A stretch of 53,795 bases of DNA from Candidatus Omnitrophota bacterium (GTDB lineage: Bacteria > Omnitrophota > Gorgyraeia > Duberdicusellales > 4484-171), in assembly GCA_003565945.1 (NCBI GenBank), contig PXAH01000133.1, positions 1 through 53,795 on the forward strand, read 5' to 3'. Position numbers and translations under genes: made by a program. Shown here piece by piece: positions 43,278 to 53,708 of this stretch (positions within the stretch are counted from its first letter, which is position 1; every line of letters begins with the position of its first letter). The notes beneath the pieces are model-generated. The model had not been told where the DNA came from and made no database searches. It saw nothing but the letters and a program-made list of their open reading frames with translations.

Positions 43278-43958
43278 CTATGTTACTTTCTTTCTTTTTT
43301 GCTTATAGTAATCTATTTCATCTAGCGGCAAGATAATAGAAGTGGCTATATTGCTTAGGTGAGCAGCTAAACGCTTAAAATAACGAGCAATTAAAGTAAA
43401 AGAAACGGCAGTATTTACCGGTAAATCACTGCTTTGAGCCAGGCGGCCGATAATACTATCGCAGCCTTTTACTATTTTTACTTCGTAATCCCAAGCTTGA
43501 GCGGCTTTTTTCCGGTCTGATTCGATAAAAGCCTCTTTGGTTATTCTAAATAACTCATCTAAATCCTGGCCGATATTGCCAAAAAAAGAGAGGTATTTAT
43601 CCCTGTCCAGCGGCCCGTCAATAATTTTAGCTACCTCCAATAAATTCTTAGAATAATCACCTAATCTTTCCGCGTCTTTTACTACACTCATCAAAAGTAA
43701 AGAAGTTGACAGTTCAACCGCTGGCTGAAGGGCCAGGTGTTCAACAATCCGCTTGCGGATATCTTTTTCTAAACTATTGACTTTTCTATCTAAAAGATAA
43801 ATATTCTCCTCAAGGCCCTCTTCTTCCTGGTTTTCGATGAGCTTGCGGCAAACAGAGGCGAACATCTGATGAGTATCCTCAAGCATTTTCTTAAACTCAT
43901 CAAAAACTTGCCCTAAAAAATCCCTTCCTTTCCAAAACTGCAATAAGTTCCTAAACAT
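43278..43958 (-). CDS. PhoU-domain protein
   Basis: 226 aa, two helical repeats with the DAERLGDYSKN and RLAAHLSNIA motifs typical of PhoU-like domains. It lies adjacent to the Na/Pi cotransporter gene. Confidence 0.75.
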   Translation of the reverse strand: MFRNLLQFWKGRDFLGQVFDEFKKMLEDTHQMFASVCRKLIENQEEEGLEENIYLLDRKVNSLEKDIRKRIVEHLALQPAVELSTSLLLMSVVKDAERLGDYSKNLLEVAKIIDGPLDRDKYLSFFGNIGQDLDELFRITKEAFIESDRKKAAQAWDYEVKIVKGCDSIIGRLAQSSDLPVNTAVSFTLIARYFKRLAAHLSNIATSIILPLDEIDYYKQKRKKVT

Positions 43959-43967
43959 AACTCCTCC

Positions 43968-45116
43968 CTAATTATTTAACAATCTAGCTATCAAAATCAA
44001 TACGCCCGGAATTATAAAAAATAAAAACAAAGCAAAAAATACAGCGTACCTGCGCCTTTTATAGGTAAGATTGCCAAGTCCCTGCGCTAACCGAACTGAC
44101 CCTTCCCGTACTATCTTTACCGGGTAAAGAATAAAAACACCAGCTATGCTAAAAAGAAAATGAACAAAAGCTACTGTGATAGCGGCAATATCTCCGGTAG
44201 CAAAAGAGGCAAGAATGGTTGTAGTTGTGGTACCCAACTTTGCTCCCAGGAACATAGGAAAAACCGTCTTAACCCCAACAATGCCAGCAGCAACAAAAGG
44301 AATCATCAGCGAAGTAGTAACTGAGCTGCTTTGTACAGCAGCAGTAGCAATAAAGCCAAAAAACACAGCAACAACCACCCCGCTTCCAAAAACATTGTTA
44401 ATAACAGATTCTACTTTGCCTACAATTAAAAGACGCATGTTTTTTACGACCAGATATAGAGAAATAAACATAACAGTTAAGGCCAGCGCGAGCATAAAAA
44501 AATAAGTTATTTTCAAGGACAAAAAAGATAATCCTGTCAAAAAATTCTCAATCAAAGCCACTACCGGCTTAGTCGCTGCCTCAAGCGGACTAATAAAAGT
44601 AACTCCCCCAAACCCTTCAAAAATATTCACCATCCAAGCAGCAGTTTTGTGTAGAAATCCGGTCCAAATTTCAAGGGGTAAAAAAATTAAAACAGAAAAA
44701 ATAGAGAAAAAAACAAGAACAGAAGCCCCGCTAATAGCCCGCCTGAACTCTTCTTTTCTGCTAAAATGGGCTAAGGCCACAATAAAGCAAGTGATGGTAG
44801 TCCCAATATTTGCTCCCATAACAACCGGTATAGCATTGCTTATCGTTAGAACTCCTGATGAAACCATACCTACAGTAATAGAAGTAACGGTTGATGAACT
44901 CTGAACTAAACTGGTTGCTAAAATCCCGATAAAGAGGCCAATTAAAGGGTTAGAAGTAATCTGAATCAGATTCCGGGCAAACCCTTCCCCAAAACCCGAG
45001 AAGGCGGCTCCCATCAAGCCTATGCTAACCAAAAAGAGATAAACCGAACCTAAAGCTACCCCGCCTCTTAAAAGATTATTAATTTTAGATGAAGATGCTT
45101 TCTTAAACTTATCCAT
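43968..45116 (-). CDS. Na+/phosphate cotransporter family protein (NptA-like)
   Basis: 382 aa, polytopic. Duplicated QSSS(T/V)TTS and GANIGTT / GAKLGTT motifs characteristic of the Na/Pi-cotransporter II-related family. Confidence 0.85.
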   Translation of the reverse strand: MDKFKKASSSKINNLLRGGVALGSVYLFLVSIGLMGAAFSGFGEGFARNLIQITSNPLIGLFIGILATSLVQSSSTVTSITVGMVSSGVLTISNAIPVVMGANIGTTITCFIVALAHFSRKEEFRRAISGASVLVFFSIFSVLIFLPLEIWTGFLHKTAAWMVNIFEGFGGVTFISPLEAATKPVVALIENFLTGLSFLSLKITYFFMLALALTVMFISLYLVVKNMRLLIVGKVESVINNVFGSGVVVAVFFGFIATAAVQSSSVTTSLMIPFVAAGIVGVKTVFPMFLGAKLGTTTTTILASFATGDIAAITVAFVHFLFSIAGVFILYPVKIVREGSVRLAQGLGNLTYKRRRYAVFFALFLFFIIPGVLILIARLLNN

Positions 45117-45168
45117 GCAAAATAACTTATTATCAGATTAGCAAAAAGAAAAAAATAGTTATACCCCT

Positions 45169-45528
45169 TTAATCAAGTAATTCTCTTATTGAGGCTAAAA
45201 CCGTATCCGGCGACTCGGTTTTTAGTAAAAATCGATCGGCTTCTTTAGCATAAAGAGAATTCTCGTAGCGGCCAAAAGCAGTATAAACTATTACTTTTAC
45301 TTGGGGCGCTATTGACCTCAAGGCAGAAATTGTTTCTAACCCGTCTTTCTCCGGCATCATTAAATCTAAAATTACCAGATCAGCCTGATTATCCCGCAAA
45401 TAATCTAAAAGTTGGTAGCCATTAGCAACTGTTTCAACCGTATAGCCCTCATTGCCCAATAAATCACTAAATGTCTGGCGGATACCCGGATTATCATCGG
45501 CAACTATAATTTTTCCTTTCTGGCCCAT
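45169..45528 (-). CDS. Stand-alone response regulator receiver protein (CheY-like)
   Basis: 119 aa. IIVADDNP, DLVILDLMMPEKDG and a conserved K region. No output domain. Confidence 0.9.
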   Translation of the reverse strand: MGQKGKIIVADDNPGIRQTFSDLLGNEGYTVETVANGYQLLDYLRDNQADLVILDLMMPEKDGLETISALRSIAPQVKVIVYTAFGRYENSLYAKEADRFLLKTESPDTVLASIRELLD

Positions 45529-45564
45529 ACCCCCTCCCTTTTTTTTAACAGTATTGTCAAAAGT

Positions 45565-48081
45565 TTAATCACCACTACCCGGTGAAAGCGGCAAAACTAC
45601 AGAAATAGTAGTTCCTTCGCCTTCTTTACTTTCTACATAAATACTGCCTTTATGAGCTTCGATAATATTTTTACAAGCCGGAAGGCCCAAGCCCGTGCCC
45701 TGAATTTTAGTAGAATACATCGGCTCAAAAATCTTACCCGCGTTATCTTCGTTTATTCCTATGCCGGTATCGGATACCTCAACTAAAACAGTTTTATCTT
45801 TGCAATCGGTTTTTAAGGTAAGTTTTCCTTCTTGCCCTTCCATTGCTTCTTTAGCATTACGGATAATATTGGTAAATAACCTCTGTAGCTGTTCCTTATC
45901 CGCTTGCATTTTAGGAATATTCGAATTAAATTTTTTCTCAATTCGAATTGAATCCGGTATAGTAACTTTAGTCAAAACCTTATCAATTATTTCGTTTAGA
46001 TCGAAAGAAGACAGTTTAATATTTTTAATCCGGGTAAAACTCAAAACTTCCTCAATTATACTGTCAGCAACCTCTATCTCCTCATCTAACAATTGAAGAT
46101 ATTTGATAACTGTAGAATCTTTAGAGCCGGCAAAGTTCTTTCGTAAAATATAAACAGAATTTCTGATAACCGCCAAAGGATTACGTAAATCATGAGCCAC
46201 AATCCCGGAAAGCTTGCCCAGAGCGGCTAATTTTTCAGCCTCAACTAACCTATCTTGTGTGGCCTTTAATTGATTGTAAGCTTTTTCCAGCTCCTGAGCT
46301 TTAGCTTGTTCGGTATCGGCCTTAACTGACGCTTTGATTACTTCCTTTTCCTTTCTCTCAAGCTCAAAGCGCTGAGATAAATCAGTAAAAAATCCGACTA
46401 ATAATTTTTTCTCTCCAAAAACAAATAGTTTAGCGTTAATCCAAACTGGCTTATCTTTTCCCTCCTTATCCCTAATTTTTCCTTGAAAATTTCCGGCACC
46501 TTTTTCGATATGTTCCTTAAAAACCTTCTTGTATCTTTCTTTATCCGCTTCCGGATGCAGCTGGGATTGATGAATCCCTACTAATTCCTCGCGTGGCATA
46601 CCCATTAATTTTTCAGCTTGACGGTTGCAGTCAAGAATATTTCCGGTTTCAGGATCACTGACAAAAATCGCGCTGCCGGCCTTTTCAAAAATATTTCGAA
46701 ATTTTATTTCAGACTCTCTTATTTCTTCTTGGATTTTTATTTCCTGGGTAACATCCTTTTGGAAGCCTACCAAAGCGATAAAATTACCTTTTTTATCCTT
46801 TAGCTGATAAATAGTCATCTCCACCTTAAAAAGACTGCCATCCTTTTTTCTGTCGGTTAACCTTCGTGTATACACCCCTCCCTTTTTTAAAATCCCCACA
46901 ATCTCGTCTTCAATTTCTTCCCGGTCAGGTTCGGCGTTTAAAATCATAGGGTCTTTACCGATAAGTTCATCCTGGCTGTATCCGAATAGCTTTTCAGTAG
47001 CGGGATTTACATAAATAATTTTTCTTTTCTGGTCGGTCGCGATAACCGATAAGGGCGCGCTGTCTAATATTCCAGCTAAAAACCTACTTTTCTGTTCTAT
47101 TTTTCTTTTTTCGGTTATATCGGTAATTATCGCTTCTATTATTTTTTTCCCGTTTCTATCTTTAACTAAAAATGAATTATGAAGTACCCATTTATTTTTT
47201 CCGGAAAGCGTCTTAAAGTGATAAGGATAGGCTCGAATACTCCCCTTTTTTTCAATCAACTTACGAATAGTTCCGGGCTCCTCTAGATAGCACAAAACAT
47301 CTTCTAACTGTTTTCCGATTAAATCTTTGTAGCTACAGCCTAATTCCAAAATGTCCGCAAAGCCTTGGTTAGCAGAAAGAATTACCCCCTCGTCGTAGTT
47401 ATAGCGGTAAGCGCCGTCACCGGTAAATTCAACCAGCCGGTCAACAAGCCGTAACTTTTCGTTTACTTCAGATAATTTTTTTTGTGATTCCGCCCGGTAA
47501 CGAATCTCCCGGAAAAGGCGGTAAATAAATCCTATAAAAACAAGGAAAAAAATGAATATAATCCCTAAAAACCAAATGCCAACCCTTCTTTGAACAACAA
47601 GAAATTCTTCCCGGAATATATTTTCCAAAGTAAAGACCGAAGAAGCCATCTGATGCAGATCAACAGAAATTGCCCTGCCTAAATCTTTGCGTCCAGAATC
47701 CGTAAGCAGGCCCGTTTCTTCTTCCATTGAAAAAGCAATTAAAGAAAAATAATGCTTAGCTGAAAGTCCTTTGTCGGTTATTTTTTCAACTAAATTTTTT
47801 GCCCGCGGACTTAAAGATTCTTTTTCTAATTCATTTGTCCCTCGCCTAAATTTAAGATAAGTTACATCCCATTGAAATTTTATTCTCTGGCTTGGGTTAG
47901 CCAAATAATCCTGAGTTAGGTAACTAAGGTTAAACGTATCTTCAACAATTCTGCGGGAAACAATCAGCCTTTGAGTTGTTGCCTGTATCTGATAAAATGA
48001 GTATAAAATTAAAGAAGATAGGAGCGCTACAAAGAAGAAGAAAACTAAAATAATCGGAATCATCCTTTTGAAAATTTTCAT
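45565..48081 (-). CDS. Membrane-bound multi-PAS sensor histidine kinase
   Basis: 838 aa. Two TM helices bracket a roughly 150-aa extracytoplasmic region, followed by three PAS-like units. HisKA H-box SGIVAHDLRNPL, and HATPase N/G boxes (RNAKEAM, DTGIGI, GTGLGL). Confidence 0.92.
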   Translation of the reverse strand: MKIFKRMIPIILVFFFFVALLSSLILYSFYQIQATTQRLIVSRRIVEDTFNLSYLTQDYLANPSQRIKFQWDVTYLKFRRGTNELEKESLSPRAKNLVEKITDKGLSAKHYFSLIAFSMEEETGLLTDSGRKDLGRAISVDLHQMASSVFTLENIFREEFLVVQRRVGIWFLGIIFIFFLVFIGFIYRLFREIRYRAESQKKLSEVNEKLRLVDRLVEFTGDGAYRYNYDEGVILSANQGFADILELGCSYKDLIGKQLEDVLCYLEEPGTIRKLIEKKGSIRAYPYHFKTLSGKNKWVLHNSFLVKDRNGKKIIEAIITDITEKRKIEQKSRFLAGILDSAPLSVIATDQKRKIIYVNPATEKLFGYSQDELIGKDPMILNAEPDREEIEDEIVGILKKGGVYTRRLTDRKKDGSLFKVEMTIYQLKDKKGNFIALVGFQKDVTQEIKIQEEIRESEIKFRNIFEKAGSAIFVSDPETGNILDCNRQAEKLMGMPREELVGIHQSQLHPEADKERYKKVFKEHIEKGAGNFQGKIRDKEGKDKPVWINAKLFVFGEKKLLVGFFTDLSQRFELERKEKEVIKASVKADTEQAKAQELEKAYNQLKATQDRLVEAEKLAALGKLSGIVAHDLRNPLAVIRNSVYILRKNFAGSKDSTVIKYLQLLDEEIEVADSIIEEVLSFTRIKNIKLSSFDLNEIIDKVLTKVTIPDSIRIEKKFNSNIPKMQADKEQLQRLFTNIIRNAKEAMEGQEGKLTLKTDCKDKTVLVEVSDTGIGINEDNAGKIFEPMYSTKIQGTGLGLPACKNIIEAHKGSIYVESKEGEGTTISVVLPLSPGSGD

Positions 48082-48149
48082 AATCTCTTACCAGTTCCTC
48101 TTAATTTTCCAAACCTAAAGCATTAAAGATAATTTAATCTTTAGCAGTT

Positions 48150-49154
48150 TCAGCGAATAATATTTACCCTCAAAGAGTCTATCGCCTCGAGAGCGTAGGG
48201 ATATATATAATTAAGATAATTAGGAATTTGTTCTCCGGGAGCAATATTAGCCTCTATCTGCCAAACCGCTTGATTCTCCAGCTCTAGAAGAAGCGATTGG
48301 GGAAGATATATATAATATCTATGGTCACCCGCACAATATTCTAAGTATTTATCTGTATAGTCGAAACTTTCTTTTAAAAAATCAATTAAAATCTGATTAT
48401 TTCCCATTAAAATTCCTTCAGCTTCAATCAGCGCCCTTACAACTCTTTGCGCCAATTCAGGGTTTTGATTTAACCATTCCTGCCTGGTAATAAGCAGAAA
48501 ATAGAAATAGTTATACTCTTGGGCATCCCAAATAAGCAAATCTTCCCCTGAAGCTTGCTTTATCTTATAAATATTCGGCTCCCAGACAAAAGCCGCGTCA
48601 ACTCTTCCCTCCACAAAAGCTTTGATTATTCCAGAGGGGTCTAAGTCAACTACCTTTATATCGTGAAAGTCTAAATAATGGGTGGCAAGAAAACGAGAAA
48701 AGTAGTATTCACCGGTAGTCCCTCTGGATAAAGCTACCTCTTGGCCGTAAAGGTCATCCACTTCTTTTATTCTCCCGTCATTACGAACTACAAGCTTATT
48801 AGTTTTTCCTTCCGATACTACCGAAAAAACCCTTAAGTCGCGGCGGCTGAAACTATTAGTTACAAAAACAGAGTCAGAGGCTGTAGCGATATCCGTCTGC
48901 CCTCCCATTAAGCTTTCTACTGCTAATTTTCCTGATTCATGGTCAATTATTTTCGCTTCTATGCCGTATTTTTCAAAAATACCTTTTCTTTGGGCCAGAT
49001 AAACTAAAAGAGAGGAATCACCCCGATAAGCGGCTATAGTTAACTTATCAGGCAAAGATACTTCTTTCCTTAGATTAACCTCCCTAAAGAAAAGAAGAAT
49101 TAAAACAACAATAATCCCTAAAATAGCAAACTTATATTTTCCTAACATAACCAA
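48150..49154 (-). CDS. Membrane-anchored periplasmic substrate-binding protein (NMT1/TauA-like)
   Basis: 334 aa. N-terminal anchor helix, then a type 2 periplasmic-binding-protein pattern resembling nitrate/sulfonate/bicarbonate binders. The subfamily is uncertain. Confidence 0.65.
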   Translation of the reverse strand: MVMLGKYKFAILGIIVVLILLFFREVNLRKEVSLPDKLTIAAYRGDSSLLVYLAQRKGIFEKYGIEAKIIDHESGKLAVESLMGGQTDIATASDSVFVTNSFSRRDLRVFSVVSEGKTNKLVVRNDGRIKEVDDLYGQEVALSRGTTGEYYFSRFLATHYLDFHDIKVVDLDPSGIIKAFVEGRVDAAFVWEPNIYKIKQASGEDLLIWDAQEYNYFYFLLITRQEWLNQNPELAQRVVRALIEAEGILMGNNQILIDFLKESFDYTDKYLEYCAGDHRYYIYLPQSLLLELENQAVWQIEANIAPGEQIPNYLNYIYPYALEAIDSLRVNIIR

Positions 49155-49169
49155 AACTTCATTATCAGC

Positions 49170-50582
49170 TCAAGCCTTTTTGCCCCCAAAGGCGATCCAT
49201 CCATAAACCAGCCAAGCGCACATAACCAGAGATACGCCCACAAGCACAACAACCGGCCCAAACTCAGCTATCAAAGGAAGCGATGCTGCGGTAAATATTC
49301 CGCCTCCCACCACAGGTTCAAACAAAAGCTGTTTATAACCAAAAGCCTCTAATGCCCTGGTTTTGCTTAAAGGATCGGACATCTTCACAAGCAGTAACCC
49401 GATTACGGTCATTCCTGTTCCCTGGCCAAAATTTGCTAATCCATAAGTCAACCATTTATCCCGAAAAATAAAACGGGCAAGCACCAAAAGGCCAAATATA
49501 TTCCAGAGAATACCCCCCGCCGCAAGCGCGAAAAATAAAATTCCGTGCTTACCTATAGCCGCAAGTGACATGGTAGCCAGGGCCGCGACAATAAGAAAGT
49601 CTAGAGCAGTTCCGGAAATCCGGTTAACCAGCTTTCTATCGATTTTCCTAGCTAAATTAAACTTTTTAGCAGCTACCTGAACCGCCACCCCTCCAATCAT
49701 CGCCATAGGAAATAACGGAACATGGCGCATAAGCTGAGGCCAACCAAGGGGAACAAGCAATACCGATTCCAACCAGATAGTTGCCCGCAAAAGAAACCAA
49801 CCCAAGCTAACCGCTAAAGCGATTAGGCCGATATGTATTGAAAAAGGTTCAATCGAGCGGTCTTTATAAAGAGAGTCAACAGAAGGGGTATCATCAAGAA
49901 TTTCATCATCTTTTAAAACTTTCTTTGCCGGTTCAGTCCCAAGCCCTTGGGCTGCAATGTGGCCGCGGCGGATACCCCAATTGATAAATATTGTTCCCAA
50001 CAAGACCCCTAGCACAACACCCAGGGTAGCTAACCCCAAAGCTAAATCAGCACCGTCGGCAAATCCAAGCTCTTTAAATGTAGCCGCTAATCCGGCGGCG
50101 GTGCCATGGCCTCCTTCAAAGCCGATTTCAATTAAAGCTCCGGCTAAAGGAGAAAAACTAAAACCTAACCAGAAAAAAAACAAAACAATAAGCAGGCCGA
50201 CTACATACTGCCCCCAGGCTAATATCTGTCCATGAACTACCATCGGCCCGGCATTGCTCCAAATAGTTTTTAAGCCGGGTAAATCCTTTCCTAAAAATAG
50301 GCCAGCAAAAACAACATTAATTAACAGCCCCGGAATGCCGGACCATACATCTAATATATTTTGCGGCCAGAACCCCGCGGTCAACAAAGCTCCGTCTTCA
50401 GCCCAGAAACCTGCCAGGCGGCCTAAAATTTGTGCCCCCAAAACTAAAGCCAAAAATCCGGCGATTATCGAGCTGGGGATATAAAAAGACTGAAAAAATC
50501 TTAAACCGCCGCGAATAAGTTTGCCGGCAATAAGCAATATTCCGATTAATCCCAGGCCCAAAAATACTGACCCTAAATCCAT
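49170..50582 (-). CDS. Sodium/glutamate symporter GltS-like transporter
   Basis: 470 aa, polytopic. The N-terminus LLIAGKLIRGGLRFFQSFYIPSSIIAGFL is collinear with E. coli GltS (LLLGRKLV...FLKKYTIPEPVAGGLL). Confidence 0.65.
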   Translation of the reverse strand: MDLGSVFLGLGLIGILLIAGKLIRGGLRFFQSFYIPSSIIAGFLALVLGAQILGRLAGFWAEDGALLTAGFWPQNILDVWSGIPGLLINVVFAGLFLGKDLPGLKTIWSNAGPMVVHGQILAWGQYVVGLLIVLFFFWLGFSFSPLAGALIEIGFEGGHGTAAGLAATFKELGFADGADLALGLATLGVVLGVLLGTIFINWGIRRGHIAAQGLGTEPAKKVLKDDEILDDTPSVDSLYKDRSIEPFSIHIGLIALAVSLGWFLLRATIWLESVLLVPLGWPQLMRHVPLFPMAMIGGVAVQVAAKKFNLARKIDRKLVNRISGTALDFLIVAALATMSLAAIGKHGILFFALAAGGILWNIFGLLVLARFIFRDKWLTYGLANFGQGTGMTVIGLLLVKMSDPLSKTRALEAFGYKQLLFEPVVGGGIFTAASLPLIAEFGPVVVLVGVSLVMCAWLVYGWIAFGGKKA

Positions 50583-50685
50583 ACCTTCCTTCCTTTTTTT
50601 TGCTTAAATGAAAAAACTTTCTTAGAAGATAAGTCAGTATACCACAGTTAATATTTTAGATGCAACTCCAATTTTAGGAACAGAT

Positions 50686-50714
50686 TTGACAGAGAAGGCT
50701 TGAGAAGATAAAAT
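50686..50714 (+). promoter_or_regulatory. Sigma70-type promoter candidate for the M28 peptidase gene
   Basis: TTGACA (50686-50691), a 17-nt spacer, then TAAAAT (50709-50714). This is 36 nt upstream of the ATG at 50751. Confidence 0.55.
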
Positions 50715-50750
50715 TATTCTGGCTGCTTTTTAAAGGTTATATCCGAATAT

Positions 50751-51725
50751 ATGTTAAAAGCAATTTTTATCGGCATTGCCATTTTTCTCTTTATACTGCT
50801 AACTACCTTTGGTTGGCAGAGGCCTTTTAGTAGTCCGGATTTTTTCTTGGAAGATAAAACTCTCCCCGGCCGGCTAAAAAAACATGTAGTTAAACTCTCC
50901 AGCCAAATCGGCGACAGAAGCGTTTTTAGATACCCTCAGCTTACCGAAGCAGCCGCCTATATCAGCCAAGAATTTCAAGCTATGGGATTTAAGGTTGAAT
51001 TTCAAAAATACCAACTTCATGGAAAAGAAGTAAAAAACGTAATTGCCCGAAAACCCGGTAAAAAAAGGCCTGAAGAAATTATCGTAGCCGGGGCCCACTA
51101 TGATACCTGCTTTAATCCCGGTGCAAACGATAACGCCTCCGGAGTTGCCGGATTAATTGAGCTGGCAAGGCTAATAAGCCAAACCGAAAGCGCCCGCACA
51201 ATAAAATTCATCGCCTTTGCTAACGAAGAACCTCCTTTCTTTAAAACTGAAGATATGGGCAGTTTTGTTTACACCCGCCAGGCAAAAAAAGAAAATAAAC
51301 AAATAAAGGCGGCGGTAATCCTGGAGATGATCGGATATTATTCCAAGCAACCTTTTTCGCAGAGATACCCGCCTCTACTTGGCCCCTTTTTTCCCAATAA
51401 AGCTGATTTCATCGCGATAGTGGGAAATTTAACTAATCGAAATTTAGTAAAAAAAACAAGTTCTGCTTTCTCCCGCCACTCTGAATTTCCTATTGAATCA
51501 ATAGTGCTTTTTGACTTCATTCCAGGGGTAGACTTCTCTGACCACTGGTCTTTTTGGCAGCATGGATTCCCCGCGGTTATGGCTACCGATACCGCTTTCT
51601 ATCGCTACAAACACTACCACAAAAAATCAGATACTTTTGAAAAACTAAACTACTGTAAGATGGCCGCGGTAGTGGAAGGTTTAAAAGAAGTTTTGATTGA
51701 ATTGGCGGAGAAAAAAACTGATTAA
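50751..51725 (+). CDS. M28-family metallopeptidase (aminopeptidase-like)
   Basis: IVAGAHYDT, GANDNASGVAGLIELAR and the FANEEPP motif, with an N-terminal anchor helix. Confidence 0.88.
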   Translation: MLKAIFIGIAIFLFILLTTFGWQRPFSSPDFFLEDKTLPGRLKKHVVKLSSQIGDRSVFRYPQLTEAAAYISQEFQAMGFKVEFQKYQLHGKEVKNVIARKPGKKRPEEIIVAGAHYDTCFNPGANDNASGVAGLIELARLISQTESARTIKFIAFANEEPPFFKTEDMGSFVYTRQAKKENKQIKAAVILEMIGYYSKQPFSQRYPPLLGPFFPNKADFIAIVGNLTNRNLVKKTSSAFSRHSEFPIESIVLFDFIPGVDFSDHWSFWQHGFPAVMATDTAFYRYKHYHKKSDTFEKLNYCKMAAVVEGLKEVLIELAEKKTD

Positions 51726-52666
51726 TACTGCCTGACCCTATAGCCTTTTTCCTGCAGAATTTGAATAATCCCTTTTGAGCCGATGAAATGCCCAGCCCCG
51801 GCCACAACAAAATAAAGTTGATCTTGGGCAAGATAATTTTCTATTTGAGAAGCCATATTTTTATTTCGCTGGTCAATAACTCTCTCATAAAACGGCTTCA
51901 GCTGAGGATACTCAGCCAGGCTCCTTCTTAATATTGTGTTTAACCTGCGTGTATCACCCCTTTTCCAAATATCAAACAACATATCCATATGTTTTTCAAT
52001 AGTCTCAATTTCAGCTAAACTTGAAAGCAGAAACAGTTCCTGTAACTCATCTGATAAACCGCTAAAAAGATCAAGCTGAAACTCCATAGTTTCCAGGCCC
52101 TTGATTTCTTTGCCTGTATCTTGAGCTTTATCTAAAAAGTATTGATCAACCCCCCATTCAGGATTAAAGCCGAATCCCATAAGGGCATAACTTGTTATAC
52201 TGACCGCTAAAAACCAAGGCTGATACATATCAAACATTCTGATATCAAGCCCTATACTACCTAAAACCTCCTCCGCCTGCCGGTAAATGTCAGGGGAAAG
52301 CCTGCCGCTTAAAGAACCGCCGTCTTGATAAATAGCTCGGGAAAGTACACCTCTAGCTGCCGCAAATTCATCTATTTCAGTCAAATCAACCTCAACCACT
52401 AAAACATCTGAGCGGTCAAATGCCTCTTCTATCTGGCGGCTTAAAGGATATAGTCCTTCTCTGGCTACATGAATTGAGCCCAAAAGATAGACCTTACTGT
52501 CCTCAGAGGATACTTCCCAGAAAAAATAACGGTTTTCTTCTTCAACCCTTCTGCTTATCTGATAACTCAAACACTTGCCAGGAAAGGAGAAAAGAACCAG
52601 GCAGGATAGAAAAACTAAAAATAGTTTTTCAAAGGATGAAAAACAATAGGCCTTATTTGGAGTCAT
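51722..52666 (-). CDS. TraB/GumN-family protein
   Basis: FWEVSSEDSKVYLLGSIHV and VVAGAGHFIG motifs typical of TraB/GumN, with a signal or anchor sequence. Confidence 0.8.
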   Translation of the reverse strand: MTPNKAYCFSSFEKLFLVFLSCLVLFSFPGKCLSYQISRRVEEENRYFFWEVSSEDSKVYLLGSIHVAREGLYPLSRQIEEAFDRSDVLVVEVDLTEIDEFAAARGVLSRAIYQDGGSLSGRLSPDIYRQAEEVLGSIGLDIRMFDMYQPWFLAVSITSYALMGFGFNPEWGVDQYFLDKAQDTGKEIKGLETMEFQLDLFSGLSDELQELFLLSSLAEIETIEKHMDMLFDIWKRGDTRRLNTILRRSLAEYPQLKPFYERVIDQRNKNMASQIENYLAQDQLYFVVAGAGHFIGSKGIIQILQEKGYRVRQY

Positions 52667-53708
52667 TACTTTGTTCGCTCTTTTTGCTTAGTTCGACTCT
52701 GGTCCGGGGCAAACAATTAGGATAATTCTTCTGAAGAAACTCAAGCAACTTTTCTCTAACCTCACAGCGTAAGTCCCAGGCTGAGGGAGAATCAGCGGCG
52801 CTCATCAAAGCCCTTAACTCAAGAGTATGTTCTGTAGCGTTTGTAACCTGAAGAACATCAACCTTTTTATCCCAGTAAGGGCTTTCCTTTAGTATACGAG
52901 TCAACTCCCTACGCACTTCTTTAACCGGAACCGTATAGTCGGCATAAAAAAATACAGTTCCCAAGATATTGGCTGAAGTCCTTGTCCAATTTTGAAAAGG
53001 ATGTTCAATAAAATAAGATATCGGAACAACTAACCGCCTCAGGTCCCAAATACGCACAATTACATAAATAAGGTTAATCTCTTCAATCCAGCCCCATTCA
53101 TTTTCAACTATCACCACATCATCAAGCCGTATCGGCTGGGCTATGGCAATCTGAATTCCGGCTATAATATTGCCCAAGGTTTTTTGAGCGGCAAACCCTA
53201 AGATTATACCGATAATACCGGCTGAAGCAAGCAAGCTTACCCCCATCTGCCTGACTCTAGGGAAAGACATCAGCATAAAAGAAACTACAAAAATAATTAC
53301 CGCTACCGTCAATATACGCTCAATAACCCTAATTTGGGTATAAACCTGGCGGGCTTGAAGATTATCTTTAGCGGTTATATCGTGCCGGCTAAGAATCAAA
53401 TCCCGGGCAACGTGGATGACTCTTATCAGTAACCAGCCGGTTAATCCAATCAAAGTTAAATTCAAAAAGCGGGAAAACGCAAATAAAATATCGGAAGGCA
53501 GGCGCAGGCCAATCTGAATCAAATTAAGAAAAAAAACCGGAATCAACAAGCGCAGCGGCCCTTTAAGCCACTCAGCTTTAACTTTAATCCCGCCCAGGAA
53601 AGAAAGCTTGCCTAAACGGTTAATTAAAAATATAGCTACAAAATAAACAAGTATCCCAACCAATAAGGCAGAAACAATTAAAACCAAGGAAAATAACCAA
53701 TCATTCAT
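52653..53708 (-). CDS. Small-conductance mechanosensitive channel (MscS family)
   Basis: 351 aa. Several N-terminal TM helices, then GFAAQKTLGNIIAGIQIAIAQPIRLDDVV..E..G.IEEI, the MscS pore and beta-domain signature. Confidence 0.9.
   Translation of the reverse strand: MNDWLFSLVLIVSALLVGILVYFVAIFLINRLGKLSFLGGIKVKAEWLKGPLRLLIPVFFLNLIQIGLRLPSDILFAFSRFLNLTLIGLTGWLLIRVIHVARDLILSRHDITAKDNLQARQVYTQIRVIERILTVAVIIFVVSFMLMSFPRVRQMGVSLLASAGIIGIILGFAAQKTLGNIIAGIQIAIAQPIRLDDVVIVENEWGWIEEINLIYVIVRIWDLRRLVVPISYFIEHPFQNWTRTSANILGTVFFYADYTVPVKEVRRELTRILKESPYWDKKVDVLQVTNATEHTLELRALMSAADSPSAWDLRCEVREKLLEFLQKNYPNCLPRTRVELSKKSEQSNDSK

Noticed and set aside
49170-50582. The GltS-like gene as a horizontally acquired island, because it looks more GC-rich than its neighbours.
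   Set aside because: The enrichment is explained by the Gly/Ala/Leu/Val-rich composition of a polytopic membrane protein. There are no flanking repeats, tRNA or mobility genes, and I cannot compute the composition reliably by eye.
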